From NCBI GenBank assembly GCA_947168005.1, contig CAMVKI010000001.1:1-57196 (forward strand): 57,196 nucleotides of DNA, written 5' to 3'. Shown one piece after another: positions 1 through 6,981 of the stretch. Position 1 is the stretch's first letter, and every line of letters begins with the position of its first letter. This DNA comes from an uncultured Clostridia bacterium (GTDB lineage Bacteria > Bacillota > Clostridia > Oscillospirales > Oscillospiraceae). Below the pieces are notes generated by a model. It was not told the origin of the DNA. It saw only the letters and a program-made list of their open reading frames with translations, and ran no database searches. The translations under genes were made by a program, and so were the position numbers.

Positions 1-1
1 C

Positions 2-1033
2 AAACGGCGCAGCCCCGATTTGCTGTTTCACGATCATTTGCTGGAGCGCTATGGGGAAACCCTCACAGCAGCGGAGCTTCCTCGCCTTGCCGCTGAGCGG
101 GAGCAATTGCTGAACCAGATCACCGCCGCGGCCGCCCAGGACCCCATTGCTCTGCGATATGGATTGGAGTTCCATCCGGAAACGGAAACATTCACATCCT
201 CGATTGACAAGGCTTTCGCCGGAGAACTGTCGCAGGAAGATTGGGACTATATCGGTTCCTACGAAGGAGGGACAGTGCGGCTGCAGGGAACGGATCATCC
301 CATCGTCTTTCTCTCCCAATACCAAACTGTGATCGACTGGATCGAAGCGAAGGGCGTCTACCATGTCATGAGTTACGATCTCATCGGGATGCTGGAGGAC
401 AATTTCCTGATCGTGATCGTCTTCTCCTGCGGCGCCCTGCTGCTGACGGTGCCCTACGGCGTCCTGGAGGCCAAGAGCCGCACCGAGGGCCTGTCCGCCT
501 CCACAAAAACCGGCAGAGCCCATTACGGCAGAAAGCTCGCCGGCGCGGCCCTTGCGTCCGGGCTTGTGATCGGTCTCGGGGTCCTGCTGGCGATCCTGGC
601 CTTTTCCCAATGGAAGGTCTCCCGGTACTACGGCTGCGACATCGGTGACGCGATGAACATTGGCTGGGATGAGGACTCCTATCTTCACTTTTGCTCCTAT
701 CGTCGTTTTTATCATACCAACTCCTTGTATGGCGTGGGCTTCGGCGCGTTTTACGGGCTCAGACTGCTGCTCCTCTTTCTGCTGGGCCTGTCCGTAAACC
801 TGCTGGCGGCGATTCTGTCTCTTCGGATCAAAAACGCCGTCACGGCCATCGCCTGCACCCTGCCCTTGGCACTGCTCTTACTGGTCTATCATCTGGCCTA
901 TAACGCGCCTGACGGCGGCTTAATTCACACACCCGGGCATCCGTGCGAGCTTGTTGCAGTCCTGTTCCTCCTGACAATTGTTATCACCGCCGCAAAGGTC
1001 TGGACCGCCAAAAGAAAAGACGTTTATACGTGA
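2..1033 (+). CDS. hypothetical polytopic membrane protein (5' end probably outside the window)
   Basis: The frame is open from nt 2 (track ORF 20..1033 starts at TTG). A soluble N-terminal part is followed by several hydrophobic helices (LVIGLGVLLAILAF, LLLLFLLGLSVNLLAAILSL, LPLALLLLVY). No catalytic motif recognised. Confidence 0.5.
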   Translation, partial: KRRSPDLLFHDHLLERYGETLTAAELPRLAAEREQLLNQITAAAAQDPIALRYGLEFHPETETFTSSIDKAFAGELSQEDWDYIGSYEGGTVRLQGTDHPIVFLSQYQTVIDWIEAKGVYHVMSYDLIGMLEDNFLIVIVFSCGALLLTVPYGVLEAKSRTEGLSASTKTGRAHYGRKLAGAALASGLVIGLGVLLAILAFSQWKVSRYYGCDIGDAMNIGWDEDSYLHFCSYRRFYHTNSLYGVGFGAFYGLRLLLLFLLGLSVNLLAAILSLRIKNAVTAIACTLPLALLLLVYHLAYNAPDGGLIHTPGHPCELVAVLFLLTIVITAAKVWTAKRKDVYT

Positions 1034-1140
1034 TTGATTTTTCAGCTTACCGTTGTGGAAATCGACAAAGTATGTCGGGATTACCAGGTCTCCGTCAAAT
1101 GGTTTGATATCTTCTGTTGTAGTTCATGCTTGCCGCCTCC

Positions 1141-2022
1141 TTAAAACGCTCGCGTGATGTACTCCCGGTACTGCCGAAGCTGCTTCTCGTCGTGCTCCTC
1201 CATGAACTTCCGGATATAGGCCAGCAGCTCCTCCTTCTGCTCCGGGATCCGGCACTGCACGTGGAAGAGGTTCGAGGCGTGTTCATTCATAAAGATCGTA
1301 TCGTTGGTCAGACAGCGCACCAGCTCACAGATCTCTTCCAGCTTTTCCATCTCGGTGGATTCCGTATAGAGCCCCTTCTCCATCGCGCGGTACAACGGCG
1401 TTCCCGGCACTACCGTCAGCATGGAGGTGTTGACCATCGTTGGGTGCAGCCCGTCGTAGAGTTTTGCCGTCAGCTGCGCGTTGGTCAGACCGTAACCGTG
1501 CCCGCCGGCGCCGTTCAGAAAGTTGACGATGAACGGGAGCCCTGCGGCGTCGATCTTCTCCAGCTGCTCCCGGGCCTGGTCGGCGGTGTAGCCCTTGTTG
1601 ATTCGCTTCAGCACCACATCGTCGCCGGACTCCACACCGATGTAGGGATTGGCAAAGCCCACCGCCGCCATGTTCCGCAGCTGTTCTTCCGTCTTGTCAT
1701 AGAAGTTGTCGATCCGGGCATAGCCGCCAATGGACTGCACGGAGGGAACGTACTTGTGCAGCAGCTCCGCCGTCTTCATCAGCACGTCGTAGTCCGCCGC
1801 GAAGCCGTCGGCCCCTTGCAGAAAGATCCGCTTCGGCGCGCCAAAGGTCGCCGGGATCTCCCTGATATCTTCTTCGATCTCCTCGATGGTGGATTTTCTG
1901 AATTTCTGATCCTTGAAATAGGTGCAGAACAGACAGGTGTTGTGGGAGCAGCCCTCCGTTGTCTGCAGGTATCCGTCCGCGGTCTCATAGGGCGGGCGGT
2001 TGATTCCTCCTGAAAAATGCAT
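1141..2022 (-). CDS. radical SAM domain protein (paralogue 1)
   Basis: 293-aa ORF with an N-terminal Cys triad GC25SHNTC30LFC33 in the position of a radical-SAM cluster. It shares the blocks MHF.G, IGVESGDD, FLNG and PGTPL with the adjacent ORF of identical length. Confidence 0.8.
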   Translation of the reverse strand: MHFSGGINRPPYETADGYLQTTEGCSHNTCLFCTYFKDQKFRKSTIEEIEEDIREIPATFGAPKRIFLQGADGFAADYDVLMKTAELLHKYVPSVQSIGGYARIDNFYDKTEEQLRNMAAVGFANPYIGVESGDDVVLKRINKGYTADQAREQLEKIDAAGLPFIVNFLNGAGGHGYGLTNAQLTAKLYDGLHPTMVNTSMLTVVPGTPLYRAMEKGLYTESTEMEKLEEICELVRCLTNDTIFMNEHASNLFHVQCRIPEQKEELLAYIRKFMEEHDEKQLRQYREYITRAF

Positions 2023-2034
2023 GGTTTGACCTCC

Positions 2035-2916
2035 TTACAAGGTTCGCTTGTTCCGGCGGAATGATGCCATCCGGTCCAGGTCGCCGTGATGGATCTGGTG
2101 GTCCAGGGCGCCGACGATCTTGTCCTTCCTGGCAAGGAAGCCCGGGCCGGAGAGGTTGACGCCGGAGATGGTGTGGTGGGTGATGAAGGCGCAGTCACAG
2201 GTCAGATTTTCCACAAAGAGCTTCAGCTCCTCCAGCATTTCCTTCTCCGTGAGCGGATCGAACTCTCCACGCTCGGCTTCATCTAAAAGCGGCGTTCCCG
2301 GGAAGAGCGTCAGTCCGCCGGTGCCCACCAGCATGGGCTTACACTGGCTGAAAACCTTCGCAGAGTTGATGGCATGTTCGCGGCTGTGAGACTTGCCCGC
2401 CACGCCGTTTAAGAAGGTCATCCAGTAATCGATACCCGCCTCCTCTAACTTGTGGCACTTCTCCAAAATATCCTCTGCGTGATAGCCCTTGTGGATGCGG
2501 TCCAGCGTCCAGTCGTCTCCCGATTCCACGCCGAGGGATATTTCCCGCATACCCAGCTCTTTCAGCTTTTTCAGCTCATCCACGGTCTTATTATTCAGAT
2601 CCGTGACCCGTCCCGCCAGATAGATGTACTCCATCTTAGGCAGATACTTATGGATCAGCTTGAAGACGCGCTCGAGCTTGTCGTAGGTCAGAACAAGCGG
2701 GTTGGCGGAGAGCAGCTGGATTGTCCGGGCATCCGGATCACACTCAGCAAGTTCCTTCAGATCTTCCTCGATCCATTCGATGGGAGACATACGGAAGGGC
2801 ACTTCCTTGTACATGGTGCAGAATTTGCACCTGTTATGCGTACAGCCCTGGGTGATCTCCAGCAGCGGCCAGGTGGGCCAGTATGGGTTTCGATATACAG
2901 TTCCTGTAAAATGCAT
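2035..2916 (-). CDS. radical SAM domain protein (paralogue 2)
   Basis: 293-aa ORF with GC25THNRC30KFC33 and the same conserved blocks as 1141..2022. Tandem, same strand, 12-nt gap. Confidence 0.8.
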   Translation of the reverse strand: MHFTGTVYRNPYWPTWPLLEITQGCTHNRCKFCTMYKEVPFRMSPIEWIEEDLKELAECDPDARTIQLLSANPLVLTYDKLERVFKLIHKYLPKMEYIYLAGRVTDLNNKTVDELKKLKELGMREISLGVESGDDWTLDRIHKGYHAEDILEKCHKLEEAGIDYWMTFLNGVAGKSHSREHAINSAKVFSQCKPMLVGTGGLTLFPGTPLLDEAERGEFDPLTEKEMLEELKLFVENLTCDCAFITHHTISGVNLSGPGFLARKDKIVGALDHQIHHGDLDRMASFRRNKRTL

Positions 2917-2918
2917 TG

Positions 2919-3458
2919 CTAAATCCCCCCTTCATAAAGTTCCGTCACGAAGTCTTCAACAGGCTCTCTGTCAAAGTGCGCCGGATGCGCCTTCGCCCGG
3001 TCGTTGGGATAACCAAGGCCGAGCATCATCACAGGGATCATATACTCCGGCAGGCCGAAGGCATCCACTACCGTTTTCGAATCGAAGCCTCTGATCCAGA
3101 TCGTATGAATGCCTTGCTCCTCCGCCTCATACATCATGGTGGTCGCGGCGATGCTTGCGTCCTGTTCGCCGGAATTGTAGTGCCTGTAATAGCGGTCGTT
3201 GTCTGTCTTCCAAACCTTCCGGGCATCGTAGCAGACGAGGATCATCATCGGAGCATTGTAATGGAAATACGTCACCTGTTTTAAGGTCGCCAGACCCTCT
3301 TTACTCCGGATCACGTAAAAGTGCTGCGGCTGATAGTTGCAGGCTGTGGGTACAACGCGCCCGGCCTCCAGAATCTTGTCCAGCTTTTCCTGCTCGATGG
3401 GGCGCGGATCAAAATACCGCTCGGAATAACGATTTTTGGCAAGTTCCAGAAAACTCAT
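2919..3458 (-). CDS. nitroreductase family protein
   Basis: 179 aa. N-terminal AKNRYSERYF and PTACNYQP motifs and a size typical of NAD(P)H-flavin nitroreductases. Its stop lies 2 nt upstream of the downstream radical-SAM start, so the genes probably form an operon. Confidence 0.8.
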   Translation of the reverse strand: MSFLELAKNRYSERYFDPRPIEQEKLDKILEAGRVVPTACNYQPQHFYVIRSKEGLATLKQVTYFHYNAPMMILVCYDARKVWKTDNDRYYRHYNSGEQDASIAATTMMYEAEEQGIHTIWIRGFDSKTVVDAFGLPEYMIPVMMLGLGYPNDRAKAHPAHFDREPVEDFVTELYEGGI

Positions 3459-3540
3459 ATTTGCTCATCCTTTCAAACCGAGGAGACCGATCAGGTCTGC
3501 CTCGTTCATGATTCTCTGGAACATATTTTACCGGAACACC

Positions 3541-3609
3541 TTGAAAAATGCTACATACAGAAGTATAATATTGATAGACATTCTTACGATATTGCTTTTC
3601 TGTAAGAAT
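3541..3609 (+). promoter_or_regulatory. sigma-70-type promoter plus inverted-repeat operator upstream of the TetR gene
   Basis: TTGAAA (3541-3546), a 17-nt spacer, then TATAAT (3564-3569). This is followed by the 8-bp inverted repeat ATTCTTAC (3580-3587) / GTAAGAAT (3602-3609), before the ATG at 3625. Confidence 0.45.
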
Positions 3610-3624
3610 TACAGAGGTACTTCT

Positions 3625-4155
3625 ATGGCCGAGATCACGAAAAAGTGGATTGCAGATAAGATGCGGGAGATCATGAAACACAAATCCATTGACAAGATCC
3701 GTGTCACTGAAATCTGCAAGGCAGCGGACATCGAGCGTCCCACGTTTTATTATCATTTCAAGGACAAGTATGATCTTGTTGCATGGATGTTCTGCACAGA
3801 TGCTTACGGTACAGACATCACCTCCGTTGCCTCCGCTGCAGCAGGGATGAACATGATGAAAAAGGAGATCCTCTTTTACAAACGGGCATACGAAGATTCC
3901 TCTCAGAATGCCCTCTGGCGTTATATGCTGGAATACTTTGTAAAGCGCTATACGGAGCTTGCAAAAGAAAAACTGCGCACCGATCTTCTCGATCCCCAGC
4001 TCTCCTACAGTATTCGATTCTACTGCATGGGAGCTGTCGGCATGACGCAGGAGTGGGTGCTAAATGACAATATCACATCCGCCGAAACCGTCGTGCAAAT
4101 GATGTTTGCTTCCATGCCTGAGAATATGCGCTCGGTCTTTTTTTCTGAACAATGA
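3625..4155 (+). CDS. TetR/AcrR family transcriptional regulator
   Basis: Start moved to the internal ATG at 3625 (MAEITKK...). N-terminal TetR helix-turn-helix IDKIRVTEICKAADIERPTFYYHFKDKYDL. 176 aa. Confidence 0.85.
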   Translation: MAEITKKWIADKMREIMKHKSIDKIRVTEICKAADIERPTFYYHFKDKYDLVAWMFCTDAYGTDITSVASAAAGMNMMKKEILFYKRAYEDSSQNALWRYMLEYFVKRYTELAKEKLRTDLLDPQLSYSIRFYCMGAVGMTQEWVLNDNITSAETVVQMMFASMPENMRSVFFSEQ

Positions 4156-4202
4156 ATGCATCTTTTTCACGGATTCTTGGTTCGAGTCCTGTAACTTCGT
4201 AA

Positions 4203-4242
4203 CTTTTTGCGTTTCTTTACAGGTGCAAAGAAACGCAAAAAG
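4203..4242. terminator. hairpin terminator after the TetR gene
   Basis: CTTTTTGCGTTTCTTT / AAAGAAACGCAAAAAG is a perfect inverted repeat with A/T runs on both sides. Confidence 0.5.
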
Positions 4243-4503
4243 CACACCAGCGTTTTCGGGCTGTTCCTGCCGCTGAAAACAAAAAATAGGGCTCCGGAGC
4301 AACCGATCGACCGCTCCGAAGCCCTGTTTTGCTTGATTTTGCCTGATTTTTTCCCAAAAAGCACGAAAAAACCTCTCTTGCCTTGATAGACAAAAGAGGT
4401 TTCTTTTATGGTCCGGGTTTTCTTACAGCATCTTTTAAACCCCACGCGAGCCCAGCGGAGCGGGTCGCGTGGGGAAAAGGAGGAGACCCGGAGCACAGCC
4501 GAA

Positions 4504-4536
4504 GAAAAGGCAGACGCATCAAGCGCCTGCCTTTTC
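4504..4536 (-). terminator. hairpin downstream of the tRNA-Leu 3' part
   Basis: GAAAAGGCAG (4504-4513) / CTGCCTTTTC (4527-4536) form a 10-bp stem. On the minus strand it is followed by a T-rich stretch about 27 nt after the tRNA CCA end. Confidence 0.35.
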
Positions 4537-4562
4537 TGAGCCGTGCGGAGGGATCTCCGACG

Positions 4563-4613
4563 TGGTGCGGGCAACAGGACTCGAACCTGCATGGTTTCCC
4601 ACTGGAACCTAAA
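4563..4613 (-). tRNA. 3' portion (51 nt) of a split tRNA-Leu(UAG)
   Basis: The minus strand reads TTTAGGTT-CCAG-TGGGAAACCAT-GCAGGTTCGAGTCCTGT-TGCCCGC-ACCA. That covers the anticodon loop and 3' stem, a long variable arm, a T-arm with GGTTCGAGTCC, and an acceptor 3' strand plus CCA. There is no D-arm or 5' acceptor strand upstream of it. Confidence 0.85.
4606..4613. repeat. left copy of the 8-bp direct repeat AACCTAAA (attL/attR core)
   Basis: Identical octamer at 54810..54817. It lies exactly where the tRNA sequence ends. Confidence 0.75.
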
Positions 4614-4678
4614 GGCTAAGTCAACTCCGTGTGGAATCGGGTTTTGCTCGGCTTTTGTATGAGAATAAGGGACGGTTT

Positions 4679-5974
4679 TTACCGATTTATAGTCTCTATT
4701 GCCCAGAGCGGCAGATTTAGCAGCCAACCCTCGTCCTTGTAATCAGACATGGAGGTACGGATCGATTGCCGCGGCTGGAATTTTTCATGATAAACCTTCA
4801 AACTCTTCGCCTGCAGATTTGTTTCCGCTTTCACTTCGACCGGGAGGATCTCTTCGCCGTTGTCAATGACAAAATCAACCTCTGCGGTTGCGCGTTCCGC
4901 CGTCCAATAATAGATCTGCAGGCTGCTCTGCGTTTTCAGTTCCTGTAATACATATTGTTCGGTCAATGCGCCTTTGAATTCCCGGAACAGATCGTTTCCA
5001 TCGAGCAGCACGCTCTGCCGAAGTCCGACCATACAAGACAATAACCCAATATCCACAAGAAACAGCTTAAACGCTTTCAGATCCTCGTAGGCTTTGAGCG
5101 GAAGCAGCGGGGCGGAAACCCGATGGACCTTATGGATGAGCCCGCAATCCGCCAGCCAAAGCATGGCGAGCTCGTATTCCTTTGCCCTTGCGCCTTCCCG
5201 CACCAGGCCGTATATAAACTTCTTGTTTTCCTTTGCGAGCTGGGCGGGGATGCTGTTGAACAGCATCCGGATCCGCAGGACGACCTCGTTCGGCGCATGC
5301 TTGGAAAAATCCTGCTCGTAGGCGTCCAGGATCCGGCGCTGGATCTGCCGGACTTCGTTGAAGTCCTTGTGATCGGCAAAGGCCTGCACAGCCTCCGGCA
5401 TGCCGCCGACATAATAGTACTGCTTCAGGCATTCCACAAAGTCTTCCTTAAAGTTGGAGGCCATGCATAGATCCCGATCGCGGATCAGCCCCGCATGGGG
5501 AGCCTTTCCGATCGCCGTCAAAAACTCGGTAAAGGAGAGGGGGAAAAGATCCAGAAACTCCACCTTCCCCACAGGGAAAGATGTGCCCTGGTGAAGCGCG
5601 ACACCCAGGAGGGAGCCGGCACAAATGATTTGATACTGCGGGGCTTCCTCCTGAAAGTACTTCAACGCTGTCAAGGCGCGGGGGACTTCCTGCACTTCAT
5701 CAAAAATGAGCAGGGTCGTCTCCGGATCAATTTTATGCCCGGCAAAAAGTTCGAGCCCGACAAGCAGGCGTTCAGTCTGCAGGCTTCCCTCAAACAACTG
5801 CCGCATGGGGATGTTGTTGTCGAAATTGATATAGACGCAGGAATCATAAGCTGTTTTCCCAAACTCCCGCATCAGCCAGGTTTTTCCCACCTGCCTGGCG
5901 CCGCGGATGATTAGCGGTTTTCTGCCTTTCTTTTCTTTCCATTTGATCAACTGTTCCATTGCGCATCGATACAT
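4679..5974 (-). CDS. AAA-family ATPase with DUF4143-type C-terminal domain
   Basis: Walker A GARQVGKTW and Walker B LLIFDEVQ. About 430 aa with the COG1373-like architecture common on mobile elements. ATG at 5974 is preferred (GGTGAGG upstream). Confidence 0.75.
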   Translation of the reverse strand: MYRCAMEQLIKWKEKKGRKPLIIRGARQVGKTWLMREFGKTAYDSCVYINFDNNIPMRQLFEGSLQTERLLVGLELFAGHKIDPETTLLIFDEVQEVPRALTALKYFQEEAPQYQIICAGSLLGVALHQGTSFPVGKVEFLDLFPLSFTEFLTAIGKAPHAGLIRDRDLCMASNFKEDFVECLKQYYYVGGMPEAVQAFADHKDFNEVRQIQRRILDAYEQDFSKHAPNEVVLRIRMLFNSIPAQLAKENKKFIYGLVREGARAKEYELAMLWLADCGLIHKVHRVSAPLLPLKAYEDLKAFKLFLVDIGLLSCMVGLRQSVLLDGNDLFREFKGALTEQYVLQELKTQSSLQIYYWTAERATAEVDFVIDNGEEILPVEVKAETNLQAKSLKVYHEKFQPRQSIRTSMSDYKDEGWLLNLPLWAIETINR

Positions 5975-6117
5975 GGACCTCACCCCTTCCCTTGTCCTGT
6001 TTTATAGTATACCGAGTTTTTACAAAAAATCAAGCGACTTTTGCTTGATTGCTCACATTTTATCAAACCACTTACGCAAATACATTGATGTATTCAGCCA
6101 ACACTTGCTGTATTTCC

Positions 6118-6981
6118 TTATATTTCCCGCAATGGAAGATTCAGGAAGGATGCCTGAACCGAATATCGACAGGGGTCCTGGCGTTTACGATCCCGCAGGA
6201 TAACATCCTCCGGCAGCTCGTTCAGCCAGCGGCGGCTGAAGCTGGTGCTTCCAAAATATGCGTCAAAGTTGACAACGGGCAGGACGACCCACTCGCTGCT
6301 CTCCTGCATATGTGCCAGATAGTACTGAACCAGCGTAGGAAGCACTGTCTCCGGCACACCCTTCGGCGTCAGCTCCCGCAGGCGGGAGAGCATATCGGCA
6401 GAGAGCGGGACATCATATTTCCGCAGCGGTCCCCGCTCTTTGGCGTCTGCCAGCACATCGTCGAAACGAAGGACCCAACCGCCCTTTGTATCCCTGTGGA
6501 ACAGGGGAACCTGCAGCTGTGTCAGCTTATCGCGCCAGGCCTTCTCAAAGCCTGTTTCCAAAAGCACGCAGTTCTTATATGCCGGCGATGATATCAAGTC
6601 CGAATGGGCTTTGACGAAAGCGCAGATCCCTTTTACATGGCGAAACAGCCAGCCCCGGCCTTTCCCATCCACCAGCTCCGGAAACGCCTCGTGAAGCTCC
6701 GGAAAACACGTTTGATACTGCCAGTCCTCTCGGGGACTGGCTTTTTTCTTTTGCGGAAGACTGCACCAGGCGCAGAGCGCACGCCTAGCGAGATCAACAT
6801 CAGGCTCTTCGGTCTGCCACATATATCCCCTTGCAAGGATGGTCAGGATCCGGCCCAGGCCGTGGAATTCCAAAAGGATATCATAGGTAAAGCGGCCGAG
6901 ATAGCTGTTGTCCCGCTTCCCCTTGGCAGCATAGACGGGCGGCGCTGTATAAGCCCGGAATTCCTCAAACTCATTCAACAT
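6118..6981 (-). CDS. hypothetical protein, translationally coupled partner of the RdRP-like polymerase
   Basis: 287-aa ORF whose start overlaps the stop of the upstream 998-aa gene by 11 nt. No motif recognised. Confidence 0.6.
   Translation of the reverse strand: MLNEFEEFRAYTAPPVYAAKGKRDNSYLGRFTYDILLEFHGLGRILTILARGYMWQTEEPDVDLARRALCAWCSLPQKKKASPREDWQYQTCFPELHEAFPELVDGKGRGWLFRHVKGICAFVKAHSDLISSPAYKNCVLLETGFEKAWRDKLTQLQVPLFHRDTKGGWVLRFDDVLADAKERGPLRKYDVPLSADMLSRLRELTPKGVPETVLPTLVQYYLAHMQESSEWVVLPVVNFDAYFGSTSFSRRWLNELPEDVILRDRKRQDPCRYSVQASFLNLPLREI

Noticed and set aside
4179-4192. The plus-strand sequence GGTTCGAGTCCTGT, identical to the T-arm of the split tRNA; possible second tRNA relic or secondary att site
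   Set aside because: The identity stops at 14 nt. The flanking bases cannot form a T-stem, acceptor or anticodon arm. The T-loop consensus alone is expected to recur by chance.
4243-4503. The hairpin-rich intergenic stretch (for example AACCTCT...AGAGGTT and CCCCACGCGA...TCGCGTGGGG) as a possible ncRNA
   Set aside because: It contains several independent stems but no promoter or recognisable RNA family. They may simply be REP-like or terminator elements between convergent transcription units.
4167-4727. A 186-aa minus-strand ORF across 4167..4727
   Set aside because: It reads straight through the tRNA 3' fragment, the island junction and several intergenic hairpins, so it is not plausible as a gene.
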